DNA of 64,000 nucleotides from Vulcanimicrobiota bacterium (GCA_963805945.1 CAWDVP010000006.1:128001-192000), one strand, 5' to 3'. Positions 22,375 through 31,862 are shown, counted from the stretch's first letter. Numbers and translations are program-made. Notes: generated by a model not told the origin, from the sequence alone.

Positions 22375-23490
22375 TTACGCATCGCCGCTGAGCCGCTTGC
22401 GTTCCTCTTCGGTGAGCAGCGCATCGACGACGCCGTCGAGGTCGCCCGCGAGGATCGCCTTGAGATTGCCGGTGGTGAAGCCCACGCGATGGTCGGTGAG
22501 CCGGTCTTGCGGAAAATTGTAGGTCCGGATCTTCTCGCTGCGGTCGCCGGTGCCGACCTGCGAGCGACGAGCGGACGCGGTCGCCTCTTCCTGCTCGCGC
22601 AGCTTCGCCTCGTAGAGGTGCGCGCGCAACAGTTGCATGGCGCGCTCGCGGTTCTGCAGCTGCGAGCGCTCTTCCTGACAGGCGACGACGACCCCGGTCG
22701 GCTTGTGGGTGATGCGGATCGCCGACTCGGTCTTGTTGACGTGCTGGCCGCCGGCGCCGGACGCGCGATACGTGTCCACCTGGAGGTCGGCCGGGTTGAT
22801 CTCGATCTCGACGGCGTCGACTTCCGGCAGCACCGCGACCGTCGCGGTGGAGGTGTGGATGCGGCCGCTGCCTTCGGTTTCAGGCACGCGCTGCACGCGA
22901 TGGACGCCGCTCTCGAACTTGAAACGCCGATAGGCTCCCGCGCCGCGCACCGCGACGACCGCTTCCTTATAACCGCCGGCCTCGTTCTCGGAGATGCTCA
23001 CGATCTCGGGTTTGAGGCGATGACGCTCCGCGAACTTCAGATACATGCGCATGAGGTCGCCGGCGAACAGGCCGGCTTCGTCGCCGCCGGTGCCGGCGCG
23101 AATCTCGATGAAGGTGTCTTTGTCGTCGTTGGGATCTTTCGGGATGAGCAGCGCGCGCATGCGCCCCTCGACGTCGATGATCTCCGCGCGCAGACGCGCG
23201 ATCTCGCCGTGCGCCATCTCCGCGATCGCGGGATCCGGGTCGCGTGTCATCGGCTCTGCCTGCGCGAGCTCGTCGTTGAGGGCTTGATACTGCTGATGCG
23301 CGAGCACCAACGGCTCGAGCTGCGCGCGTTCCTTGGAGAGCTTCTTGTTCTCTTCTGGATCGAAGGATGACGACATCGCCGCGAGCTTCGCGTTGATCTC
23401 GTCGAAGCGCGCGTCGACCGCGGCCAGGCGCGCAGAGAAAGGGCTGCGATCCCGGTCGCGGCCCTTGTCCTGGGGACCTGTGTTGTCCAT
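22375..23490 (-). CDS. prfA: peptide chain release factor 1
   Basis: GAGGQHVN, PET specificity motif, followed by prmC. Confidence 0.97.
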   Translation of the reverse strand: MDNTGPQDKGRDRDRSPFSARLAAVDARFDEINAKLAAMSSSFDPEENKKLSKERAQLEPLVLAHQQYQALNDELAQAEPMTRDPDPAIAEMAHGEIARLRAEIIDVEGRMRALLIPKDPNDDKDTFIEIRAGTGGDEAGLFAGDLMRMYLKFAERHRLKPEIVSISENEAGGYKEAVVAVRGAGAYRRFKFESGVHRVQRVPETEGSGRIHTSTATVAVLPEVDAVEIEINPADLQVDTYRASGAGGQHVNKTESAIRITHKPTGVVVACQEERSQLQNRERAMQLLRAHLYEAKLREQEEATASARRSQVGTGDRSEKIRTYNFPQDRLTDHRVGFTTGNLKAILAGDLDGVVDALLTEEERKRLSGDA

Positions 23491-23522
23491 AGCGTGCCGG
23501 GCGGGCTAAGGCCCGCCCTTTC

Positions 23523-24254
23523 TTATTTCGACTTCGCCGCCTTGGTCTTGGCGGTCGTCTTCTTCGCCTTTACCTCCGCGGCCGGTTTCTTGGCTGCTGC
23601 CGTCTTCGGCGCGGCCTTCTTCGGCGCATCGGCTTTCTTCGCCGTCGCTTTGGCCGTTGCGGGCTTGGCGGGTTTCTTGGCACTCTTCGGCTTGGCTGCT
23701 GCGACCTCTTCGATCGTCACCGGAGCGGCCTGTGCGGCTTCGCTGGCCGGCTCCGCGACGACTTCGGCGTGCGCGTGCGGCGCGGCCGGCTCGTGCGCAT
23801 GCGCTGCTTCGTGCGCGGCCTTCGCCTCGGCGGCCTTGCGCGACTCTTCTTCTGCTTTGCGCTGCTTCTCGGCTTTCGCCGCGGCGCGCTCTGCTTCGGC
23901 CGCTTCGCGCTTGGAGGTCTCCGCGGCGCCGCGCGCGATCTGCTCGGCGGCCGCGACTGCGGTGGCCTCGGCAGCTTCTGCAGCAGCAGCATCGGCGGCG
24001 TCCTTGACCTGCTTGGCCTCGACCGCGGCTTTGGCTTTCTTCGACTTCTGGCTCTCGACGGTGCCGTATTTGGTCATGAACTTCTCGACGCGACCTTCGG
24101 TGTCGACGAATTTCTGCTTGCCGGTGAAGAACGGATGGCAATTCGAACAGATCTCGACGTGCAGCTTGTCCAGGGTGGAACCGGTTTTGAACGTATGGCC
24201 GCACGCGCAAACCACGGTGGCTTCAAACCACTTCGGGTGGATCTTTTCTTTCAC
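23523..24254 (-). CDS. rpmE: 50S ribosomal protein L31 (Zn-binding type) with a long Ala/Lys-rich C-terminal extension
   Basis: [26 protein letters not shown], then about 170 low-complexity residues. Confidence 0.93.
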   Translation of the reverse strand: MKEKIHPKWFEATVVCACGHTFKTGSTLDKLHVEICSNCHPFFTGKQKFVDTEGRVEKFMTKYGTVESQKSKKAKAAVEAKQVKDAADAAAAEAAEATAVAAAEQIARGAAETSKREAAEAERAAAKAEKQRKAEEESRKAAEAKAAHEAAHAHEPAAPHAHAEVVAEPASEAAQAAPVTIEEVAAAKPKSAKKPAKPATAKATAKKADAPKKAAPKTAAAKKPAAEVKAKKTTAKTKAAKSK

Positions 24255-24453
24255 GATGGGGGTCCTCTCTCGCGCTGCCCGGCAGGTAGTTCGGCGACAA
24301 TTGTCCCGCAACCGGCCACGTGCGCCAAAGGCTACTATACCACACGCGTCAACCTGGCGTAAATGCTGGGGTCCAGGCCCTTTACGACATTGCCGCATGC
24401 GTGACAACAACAGCGCATTTTCGCGGGTCTTTTCGACCCCAAGGAGGACCGCC

Positions 24454-24747
24454 ATGGCCTGGCTACCACTCGTCGGCACCGTGATGGGGCTGATCACCAA
24501 CAAGGGCATCGATGCGGCGCAAAGCGCCATGCTCACCATGGACGAGACGCAGCAGCTGTTGCTGCAGGCCAGGCAGCTGCAGCATCAGGAGGCCATGGAC
24601 CAGCGCAGCGAGGTCTTCAACGAAGCCATCCAAGAGCGCTCCGAGCGCATGCGCGAACGCGGGCTGCTCGAAGATCTCGATATGACCGATCGCAAGATGG
24701 ACGACAAGATCACCAAGGAGTGGATCGGCCTGATCCGCGGCCAATAA
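24454..24747 (+). CDS. small helical hypothetical protein (97 aa)
   Basis: Strong AAGGAGG RBS; followed by a REP/terminator. Confidence 0.8.
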   Translation: MAWLPLVGTVMGLITNKGIDAAQSAMLTMDETQQLLLQARQLQHQEAMDQRSEVFNEAIQERSERMRERGLLEDLDMTDRKMDDKITKEWIGLIRGQ

Positions 24748-24756
24748 CCTTCGAAA

Positions 24757-24790
24757 TGTAGGGGCCGATCTTTAGATCGGCCCTTTTCTT
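24757..24790 (+). repeat. REP family B copy with a U-tract (terminator-like)
   Basis: tgtaggggccgatctttagatcggccc-ttttctt. Confidence 0.85.
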
Positions 24791-24849
24791 CGCCCGCACG
24801 CGCACGATTAGGGGACCGGCTGCGCGCGGCGCGAACGCAACCGGCAGCC

Positions 24850-26502
24850 ATGGCCATCGCCGGACGTTTCTTCAACGCTACCGCGGCGCTTGCGTTCTTC
24901 GCAGCCGTGATCGGCGGGTCAGGCGCCCACGCTGTCGCCGCGCCGGCTGAAGGGCCTTCTGATCCGCCGGGCCTGCAGCCCACCTCGACGACGCTTGCCG
25001 CGGTCATCGCGTCCGCGAAGAAAGCGTATGGCCGCGCGACGCGCACCGACGCAGCGCTCGCAGAGCAGTGGACGACGACCGATGCCGGCGACGTCGAGAA
25101 CGGTTCGTCGGTCACCATGGGCGCCGACTATGCGATCACTTTGACGACCGCCGGCTTGACGCGGCGCTACGGCGAGTACAAAGGGCGCAGCTGGGAGCAG
25201 AACGAGAACGGCATCGTGACGCTGCTCGAGGGCGTGCACGGCAACGCGCGCGGCTCGCTCGACGATACGTGGCGCTCGGCCGAAGTGGACGGCGCGCGCC
25301 TGCTCGGTGAAGTGCAGTCACCTGGACCCGCGTACGTCGTCGAGACGCTGTCGGTCAGGTCGAGGCGCATGTGGCTCTTCTTCGACAAGGCGACCGCATT
25401 GCTCGATCGCGTCGTGCTGTTCTACGCCGGCGGGCAATACACGTACGATTTCAGCTCTTATCGATCGGTGGGCGGCGTCGCCGAAGCGGAGCGCATCCAC
25501 GGCGCCAACGAGAAGGGCGACGACGCGTTTGATACCGCGGTCACCTCGCGCACCTATTCCCCGAGCATCGCGTCCGGCGCGCTCGCCATCCCGGCGAATC
25601 GCTCCGATCTAGTGGCGTTCCCCGCGGATCGCGCCAGCGTGCGGCTTCCGGCGAGGATCCTGGACGGCCGCTTCATCGTGGTGCGCGTCAACATCAACGG
25701 CCGCGGCCTGGACTTCGCCCTCGATTCAGGTGCCGACGGCATCGTGATCGAACGCGGCGTCGCCGAGGAGCTCGGCCTGCGAGGCGTCGGCGATACACGA
25801 CGTGAGGGCAAGGCGAAGGTGCAGTACCACGTCGTCGCGCCGGAGATCGACGTCGGCGATCTGCACATGAGGAACGTCGTGATCCAAAGCCTGCCCTTCG
25901 ATACCGAGCAGGAAGAGACGACCAAGGTTGTAGGGCTGCTAGGCTTCGACTTCCTCGCCGGAGCGGTGCTCAAGGTGGACTACGACCACGGCACGCTCGA
26001 CGCGTTCCCCGCCTCGAGCTTCGACCCGCCGGCCGGCGCGAAGCCAATCAGCGTCGCGCTCGACGATCAAGTCCCGATGATCTCGTGTCAGATCAACGAC
26101 GTCACCGCGAAGTACCTCATCGTCGACACGGGCGCCGATAGTCTCTACGTCTACTCGCATTTCGCCATCGCCAATTTCGCCGGATCGCCCGACCCCCGGA
26201 AGAACGTGTTCAAAACGGTCTACTTCCCCTTCTACAAGGATATCGTGGTCGGCGGGCTGGTCCAGGCGGCGCAATTCCGCGCCGCGTCGTTCGTGCTCGG
26301 TGAATATTATTTCGGGGGCCCGCTTTTATATGTGACGTGGCACGCCTCGAGGTTCGAGGACGTGCTGGTCGACACCGACGGCATCATCGGCCACTCGCTG
26401 CTGCTCTACTTCGACCTCTATTTCGATTACCCGCACGCGCGCATCTATCTCGTGCCCAACGCGACGTATCGGGCCGTGAGCGGTGCGACGGGAGCCCGCT
26501 AG
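24850..26502 (+). CDS. secreted aspartyl protease with two retropepsin-like domains
   Basis: Signal peptide; FALDSGA..GLLGFDFL and LIVDTGA..GIIGHSLL..FDY. Confidence 0.85.
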   Translation: MAIAGRFFNATAALAFFAAVIGGSGAHAVAAPAEGPSDPPGLQPTSTTLAAVIASAKKAYGRATRTDAALAEQWTTTDAGDVENGSSVTMGADYAITLTTAGLTRRYGEYKGRSWEQNENGIVTLLEGVHGNARGSLDDTWRSAEVDGARLLGEVQSPGPAYVVETLSVRSRRMWLFFDKATALLDRVVLFYAGGQYTYDFSSYRSVGGVAEAERIHGANEKGDDAFDTAVTSRTYSPSIASGALAIPANRSDLVAFPADRASVRLPARILDGRFIVVRVNINGRGLDFALDSGADGIVIERGVAEELGLRGVGDTRREGKAKVQYHVVAPEIDVGDLHMRNVVIQSLPFDTEQEETTKVVGLLGFDFLAGAVLKVDYDHGTLDAFPASSFDPPAGAKPISVALDDQVPMISCQINDVTAKYLIVDTGADSLYVYSHFAIANFAGSPDPRKNVFKTVYFPFYKDIVVGGLVQAAQFRAASFVLGEYYFGGPLLYVTWHASRFEDVLVDTDGIIGHSLLLYFDLYFDYPHARIYLVPNATYRAVSGATGAR

Positions 26503-26534
26503 GCGTCGCTGCGCCCGGCTTGGCCGAGCTGAAG

Positions 26535-26561
26535 GGAACTTTTTGAGTACAATTAAGCGTT
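26535..26561 (+). promoter_or_regulatory. putative ECF sigma promoter
   Basis: GGAACT-N17-CGTT, 43 nt upstream of the ATG at 26605. Confidence 0.45.
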
Positions 26562-26604
26562 CATGCCTTGACCGGCCCGAGAGGGCGTCTAGAGGAGCAT
26601 ATAG

Positions 26605-27411
26605 ATGAAAGTTCTTAGACTATTCGCTGCGATCGTCGTCGCCTTCGCGGCGTCCTCGACGCCGAGCCTGGCGTCAAAGGTTCTCTTCAGCCCATACTTC
26701 ACGAACGTCGCAGCCAACGTGAAGGGCGGTCAGATCGTCGTCAGCTGGTCGCTCCGCAGCTATTACTACAAGATGCAGGTCCATCTCACGCGAACGCCCG
26801 CATTCGATCCGTCATTCGAGCCGGCCGGCTATGCCCTGTTGTTGCCGCCCGTGCTGAGTTCTCCGGGATACACAGATGAGTCGTTCACCGATAGCAACGT
26901 CAAAGAGGGCGTGACGTACAGCTACGCCTTGTGTGCTTTTTGGATCGAGGCCGTCTACGGTAACGGCCCAACCCAGCCGGCGACATCGCACGTCAACCAG
27001 ACCGCGTGCGCAAGCCCGGTCACAGCGCGTTTGGGGTACACCCCGGTGCGCCTCCATCAACTGCAGATCAGCCAGCCCTCGAATGTCCACGCCGTGCGCC
27101 AGAACGCTTCGACCGTCGCGCTGAGCTGGTCCACCACGACGGGCTCTGATACCGCGCACCTGTACTTGATGGCGAACACCGCAGCGAGCATGCCGCCATC
27201 CGACTGGACCGCGCCGGGATGGGGCAAGGACGCCGCCGTGAGCCCGGTGGCGCCTCAGAAGTACAATCTACCGATCAACGCCGCACCGACCGGCAAGCAC
27301 AACTACTATATGGTGTGCGCCGCGAGCAGCGACGACAAGGCTGTCCTCTGCTCCGCGCCGGTCCAAGAGACCGGCCTCCCGTTCGCGCCGGCGCCGATGC
27401 TCTCTCACTAA
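26605..27411 (+). CDS. secreted protein with two fibronectin type III-like domains
   Basis: Signal peptide; VVSW..FTDSNVKEGVTYSY and PSNVHAV..VALSW..YYMVCA. Confidence 0.7.
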   Translation: MKVLRLFAAIVVAFAASSTPSLASKVLFSPYFTNVAANVKGGQIVVSWSLRSYYYKMQVHLTRTPAFDPSFEPAGYALLLPPVLSSPGYTDESFTDSNVKEGVTYSYALCAFWIEAVYGNGPTQPATSHVNQTACASPVTARLGYTPVRLHQLQISQPSNVHAVRQNASTVALSWSTTTGSDTAHLYLMANTAASMPPSDWTAPGWGKDAAVSPVAPQKYNLPINAAPTGKHNYYMVCAASSDDKAVLCSAPVQETGLPFAPAPMLSH

Positions 27412-27425
27412 CTGGGAAAACGAAA

Positions 27426-27450
27426 CGACGCCGCAATCGCTTGCGGCGTC
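27426..27450. repeat. terminator hairpin copy 1 (direct repeat of 27986-28010)
   Basis: cgacgccgcaatcgcttgcggcgtc. Confidence 0.85.
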
Positions 27451-27475
27451 AAGACTGGTAGAACAGGAGTCTCGC

Positions 27476-27931
27476 ATGCGTACCTCCATACTTGTTTCTA
27501 TCGCGATAGCCGTGTGTTTGGCGAATCTGTCATCGCCGTCAGCAGGCGGAACGACGCCGACACCTGCCCCATCCGGCGCACCGCTTACGGTTCCGGTCGG
27601 CACAGCGCTGAAGTTTCATTGCCAGTGGACTCAGCGCTTGGGTAGCGGCACGCCGTGGACCGGGGATATGACGATCAGAGACAACGCAGAAGGCCTCATC
27701 AACGGCACGTACCGCAGTACATCGATCAGACCCGATCCGTTTTACGGCAAGATCGTCACGGTCACCGGAGCGATTAACGGCAAGAGCATTCGTCTGAGCT
27801 TCGGTATCATCCCCAGCGTGACGGTGCGCGGCGAGCTGGTCAAGGGAGGGATTAAAGGGTCGACCGCCTTCAACGGTGGCACGCTCGAGTTCGCGGCAGC
27901 CCTCGCCAAGGGGCAACAACCTGGCTCTTGA
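27476..27931 (+). CDS. secreted hypothetical protein
   Basis: AGGAG RBS, signal peptide, Pro/Thr linker, beta-rich domain. Confidence 0.75.
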   Translation: MRTSILVSIAIAVCLANLSSPSAGGTTPTPAPSGAPLTVPVGTALKFHCQWTQRLGSGTPWTGDMTIRDNAEGLINGTYRSTSIRPDPFYGKIVTVTGAINGKSIRLSFGIIPSVTVRGELVKGGIKGSTAFNGGTLEFAAALAKGQQPGS

Positions 27932-27985
27932 ATCGGATGCAGCCGCGAGGGTAGAGTACACGCTCTCGCTTCCTCAGACAAAGCT

Positions 27986-28010
27986 CGACGCCGCAATCAC
28001 TTGCGGCGTC
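27986..28010. terminator. terminator hairpin copy 2, downstream of tRNA-Ile
   Basis: cgacgccgcaatcacttgcggcgtc; 24/25 identical to 27426-27450. Confidence 0.85.
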
Positions 28011-28021
28011 GTTACCTCTTC

Positions 28022-28098
28022 TGGTGGGCGATCGAGGACTCGAACCTCGGACCTCATCCTTATCAGGGATGCGCTCTAACCACCTGAGCTAATCGCCC
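28022..28098 (-). tRNA. tRNA-Ile(GAT)
   Basis: Cloverleaf GGGCGATTAGCTCAG..CATCC-CT-GAT-AA-GGATG..TTCGAGT..CCA. Confidence 0.97.
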
Positions 28099-28171
28099 AC
28101 GAGCAGCAAAAGCTGCCAGCCCGAGTTGATTCTGCGGTGGACAGGGCGATTTCCCGCCAGTCGACGCTCGC

Positions 28172-29182
28172 CTACTGCTGCGTGATCGTCAGCACGCCAT
28201 CGGTCGCGAAGCCAAGGCTGCAACTGTCATTGCCATTTGAGCCGTTGTCCTCAACCTTGCCTCGTAGTACGAAACCGTCATTTCGCATCTTGCCGCTCGC
28301 CCACTGCTGGACGATGCTCGTCACGTCGACCGTGGCGGAGCCGGCACTGAACTGCGTGGGCGTCGGCCAGTTGAAGTCGCCATCGTCAGGGTACGGGGCG
28401 TTAAACGTCTGGCTCGTGAACTTGGCCGCGGGAATCCTGGCGAGCAGGGCCCGCCCCAATCCTCCATAGCAGTTTGTGTCGCCCTTGATGCCCGTAAGCG
28501 TCAGTATCGCCTTGGTGACGTTTAGACCATTGAACGCGGTTGGGTCAAAGCCCAAGAACGCTCGGTCGTACGTGTTCCAGTGATAGAGATAGAACGAATC
28601 TCCGTTATGGAGATGATACCAGCCGATGCACAGACTGCCGCACGGCCCCGCGCCGCGCTCGGGAAGGTAGGTCGTCATACCGACCCACTTGTACTCGTAC
28701 TCTCGCAGCGCCCACCATTGCGAGTGCAACGTGATTACCGGCCGGACGAGCGTGTGCACGTTCGGGTTCAGGAGGCCATACTTGCTCGCGCACGTGACGG
28801 TGAATGCGGCTTTGCCGGAATACACGTCCGCTTGGCCAGCGATGTTGTGGACCCAGATCTGATCGAAGTTCGTGCCCGTGCTGCTCGCGCCGATACTGAA
28901 CGAATCGCTGACCGCGAAGTTGCCGCTCGCGGGGATCGTCGCCGCCCCCACGCTTTGGACTTGCTGCGTGCTGTTGATATAGCGGTTGAAGCTGTACTGG
29001 AACGCCGTCCCCGGTGTGCCCGAGATCGTTCCGGTGAATGCCTCGGTCACCGGGCACGTGCCGGTGTGTGTGGGCGTGGTCGCGGTCAGGGCCGCGGTGA
29101 CTGCTGCGTCCGCAGGCCCCGCGATCACGATCAAGAGCGCCGCGGCGACGATCCCTGCGGCAAATACGACGTTCCGATTCAT
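28172..29182 (-). CDS. secreted protein, Ig-like plus DNRLRE/CBM96-like C-terminal domain
   Basis: Signal peptide; RAFLGFD..VTKAILTL..VDVTSIVQQW..NDGFVL. Confidence 0.7.
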   Translation of the reverse strand: MNRNVVFAAGIVAAALLIVIAGPADAAVTAALTATTPTHTGTCPVTEAFTGTISGTPGTAFQYSFNRYINSTQQVQSVGAATIPASGNFAVSDSFSIGASSTGTNFDQIWVHNIAGQADVYSGKAAFTVTCASKYGLLNPNVHTLVRPVITLHSQWWALREYEYKWVGMTTYLPERGAGPCGSLCIGWYHLHNGDSFYLYHWNTYDRAFLGFDPTAFNGLNVTKAILTLTGIKGDTNCYGGLGRALLARIPAAKFTSQTFNAPYPDDGDFNWPTPTQFSAGSATVDVTSIVQQWASGKMRNDGFVLRGKVEDNGSNGNDSCSLGFATDGVLTITQQ

Positions 29183-29217
29183 CCTATGCCTCCTCGAGGA
29201 ATGAATGTTTTTGAAAG

Positions 29218-29243
29218 AACGCTGGCGCCCGGCAGAACGTTTC
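29218..29243 (-). promoter_or_regulatory. putative ECF sigma promoter
   Basis: Minus strand GAAAC-N17-CGTT upstream of the GAGGAGG RBS. Confidence 0.35.
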
Positions 29244-29311
29244 GCGACCAGGCAGGCAGATTCCGAGGGGCGCCAGGCGATTCCCTGGCCGTCCCGAATA
29301 TGCTGGAGCGC

Positions 29312-29384
29312 GGGGGATTAGCTCAGCTGGTAGAGCGCGTGCTTTGCAAGCATGAGGTCAGCGGTTCGAGCCCGCTATCCTCCA
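29312..29384 (+). tRNA. tRNA-Ala(TGC), CCA not encoded
   Basis: GGGGGAT/ATCCTCC acceptor stem with G3:U70; anticodon TGC. Confidence 0.97.
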
Positions 29385-29456
29385 AGGGTTTCCCGGTGAC
29401 GACAGGTCCAAGTTGCTTAGAATGCCCAGTCCCTGGCGTTTGGCATCGAGGTGGAT

Positions 29457-29690
29457 ATGCGCGCGAGACTTTCCGACCCACCGTGGAGCATCCCAATGCG
29501 GGTGCTCTCTGTCGCCATCTTTTTGTTTCCGCTCATTACCGTGGGCAGGCGGCAGTTGCTGCTGCCCCATGCCTACCCAGGCGACCCGTGGCGCTGGGTA
29601 TTCATCCTCTTGGGTATCGTAGTTGGTGTCAGTCTTTACAGACTAACACTGAGCGCAACTGAGAACCCAAGCAAATTTAGTCGATCTTAG
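29457..29690 (+). CDS. small two-TM hypothetical protein
   Basis: GAGGTGG RBS; two hydrophobic segments; lies between the tRNA and its 3' duplicate. Confidence 0.5.
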   Translation: MRARLSDPPWSIPMRVLSVAIFLFPLITVGRRQLLLPHAYPGDPWRWVFILLGIVVGVSLYRLTLSATENPSKFSRS

Positions 29691-29740
29691 ATTAAGGTCG
29701 CCGCGCGCGTAGTCGGGCCGTGTCCAAACCGCGGTGATAT

Positions 29741-29783
29741 TTTGCAAGCATGGGGTCAGCAGTTCGAGCCCGCTAATCCTCCA
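29741..29783 (+). repeat. degenerate duplicate of the tRNA-Ala(TGC) 3' half (att-like)
   Basis: tttgcaagcatggggtcagcagttcgagcccgctaatcctcca versus 29343-29384 (2 substitutions, 1 insertion). Confidence 0.9.
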
Positions 29784-29984
29784 AAGGTTTTTCCTGATTT
29801 CTGCGCTGGCAGCGATTTAGGTGACCCACAGTGACATCGTAAGAGCTCCCTATCGCATCTCATGACGCCGGTCGCCTCTTATGTGTGCGTTTCATTGTGG
29901 GTTTACCCCGCATTACCACAGGTGCTCCGCCTCTGAGACCGCAAGGGCTTAAACCACTCAAAAGCACCAATCTTGGAGGCACTC

Positions 29985-30992
29985 ATGCAAAGACTTGTCC
30001 CGGTGGCTCTCGCCGCTTGCATCGCCACACTGAGCGTAGCGTGCAGCAGCGGCTCGACGAGCACGTCACCCACCCCCACCCCCGCCGCACCGACGCTCTA
30101 TTTCGCGACCGATTCTAGCGCCAACACGTTGACGGCATATCCGCTCAACGCCAACGGCAATGTCTCGCCCTCGCGCACTATCGCCGGCGCCGCTACCGGC
30201 CTCGGCTATCCCCGTCGGATCGTCATCGATGGGACCGGTAACCTCTACGTCGCGAACGCTCCGGGCGCAGCCCAACCGCATTCGATCACCGTCTACGCTC
30301 CCACCGCGAATGGAAACGTCGCCCCGATCCGCACGATCATGGGTGCGAATACCGGCCTCACCGGCGTCAACGGTCTTGCGTTGGACAACACCACCACCAA
30401 CCTGTATGCCGCGAACTGCGGCGCATGCTTCGATTCGACCGGCTCGGATGGAATTCTCATCTGGCCGGCAGCGGCCAATGGGAATATCGCGCCTTCGAGC
30501 AGCATCGCGGGCGGAAACACCGCGCTGAACGGTCCCGTAGCGATCACCTTTGACGCAGCCGGCGACCTGCTTGTCGCCGATGCGGGCAACAACACGGTGA
30601 CGACTTACGCACCGGGCGCCAGCGGCAACGTCGCGCCGACCGCCACGCTCGGCGGCGCAAACACCCTCATCAACAGCCCGCAATGCGTGCGTAACGACGC
30701 GGCCAGCCTCATCTACGTCTGCAACAACAACAGCAACAGCGTAACGGTCTACGCCGCGGGCGCCAGCGGAAACGTCGCACCGGTGCGCACGCTGAGCGGT
30801 GCAGCCACGGGTCTTCTTAACCCGACCTCGATTTCGTTCGATACGACAGGGAATATGTACGTCGCGAATCCAGGCGCCGCCACGATCACGGTCTACGCGC
30901 CCGGCGCCACAGGCAACCAAGCACCGATGTTCACGCTCGTCGGCGCTGGCACCGGGTTGGTGACGCCGGTCGGCCTCGCGATCCAGTTCTAG
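29985..30992 (+). CDS. NHL-repeat beta-propeller lipoprotein
   Basis: Lipobox VAC; about six repeats of ITVYAPGAxGNVAPxRTxxGAxTGL. Confidence 0.85.
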   Translation: MQRLVPVALAACIATLSVACSSGSTSTSPTPTPAAPTLYFATDSSANTLTAYPLNANGNVSPSRTIAGAATGLGYPRRIVIDGTGNLYVANAPGAAQPHSITVYAPTANGNVAPIRTIMGANTGLTGVNGLALDNTTTNLYAANCGACFDSTGSDGILIWPAAANGNIAPSSSIAGGNTALNGPVAITFDAAGDLLVADAGNNTVTTYAPGASGNVAPTATLGGANTLINSPQCVRNDAASLIYVCNNNSNSVTVYAAGASGNVAPVRTLSGAATGLLNPTSISFDTTGNMYVANPGAATITVYAPGATGNQAPMFTLVGAGTGLVTPVGLAIQF

Positions 30993-31070
30993 ACCCGCAC
31001 CCGGGGTAGGGGTCCGCCGGCCGATCGATCGGCGGCCCCATCCCCAAAGCGCGTAACGAAAGGAAATCCT

Positions 31071-31862
31071 GTGAAATCTTCTGGCCAGTCAATCGGGCGC
31101 GTACTTGCCATCGCATGCTTGGTGATCTGCAGCGCCGTGATCTTGCAGTCGTCCGGCGCTATGGCTTCAAGCGGCGCACTCACGACCGTGACGACAGACG
31201 ACAAGACGGCCTCGGTGGGAGTTCCCGCCGGCTGGACGCTGAAGAAAGGATCGAATGGTTTTGTCTATGTGACGGGCCTAAATGACGAGCGGGTCAACCT
31301 AGGAGTTCTCATAGTCGCCAAGAACGCGAGCGCCGGCAGCAACGTCAGCGGGGAGGTCGCTTTTGCCCTTCCGTTCAGCGCGAGCTTGAAGGACAAATTC
31401 ACGACGATCATCCAGAAGGGCGCAGCGAAGCAAGGGCTTCCGGCACCCCAAATAACGTTCGCGAGCGAGACGCAAATGAAGCTTCCGATGTGCTCCCGAT
31501 TACTCGGAGGCTGGACCGACAGTGCCAAATCCTGGAAATTTGAAGGAATTATGTGTTCTCTGCAGCCCGACTATCTCGGACTATATAAGAACCTCGTGTT
31601 CCTCCTGCAAGTGCCCTCGGGTCTCGCGGCGCAGGACCGCCCCATCGTCGAGCAGATCGCGCAAAGCTACCGAGTGACTCCCGCGATGTTCAAAAAGATG
31701 CTGGCGCCGTACACTCCGCTGCCGCCACGACCACCAGTCGGCGCCATGCCGATGGCACCGTATCAAGACCCCACGAATTCAGATTGTTTCGACTACAACG
31801 TCATCCGTGAATCCCCGCCATGGGAAGTTCCGATGCACTGCGGCGGCATGCAACCCGGATAG
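31071..31862 (+). CDS. secreted hypothetical protein
   Basis: Signal peptide; Pro/Cys-rich C-terminus. Confidence 0.7.
   Translation: MKSSGQSIGRVLAIACLVICSAVILQSSGAMASSGALTTVTTDDKTASVGVPAGWTLKKGSNGFVYVTGLNDERVNLGVLIVAKNASAGSNVSGEVAFALPFSASLKDKFTTIIQKGAAKQGLPAPQITFASETQMKLPMCSRLLGGWTDSAKSWKFEGIMCSLQPDYLGLYKNLVFLLQVPSGLAAQDRPIVEQIAQSYRVTPAMFKKMLAPYTPLPPRPPVGAMPMAPYQDPTNSDCFDYNVIRESPPWEVPMHCGGMQPG

Noticed and set aside
23494..24453. 417-aa plus-strand ORF antisense to rpmE
   Set aside because: Shadow of the low-complexity rpmE tail; only the last 97 codons have an RBS.
29741..29783. Additional tRNA genes at 29741 and 37190
   Set aside because: They lack the 5' acceptor strand and D-arm; treated as att-like duplicates.
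29790..29984. Riboswitch upstream of the NHL lipoprotein
   Set aside because: Some stems are present but none matches a riboswitch consensus I recognise; an Rfam search would be needed.
30100..30990. Periodic DNA repeats as a CRISPR array
   Set aside because: They are degenerate in-frame NHL protein repeats. No identical repeat-spacer array or cas gene was seen in the window.
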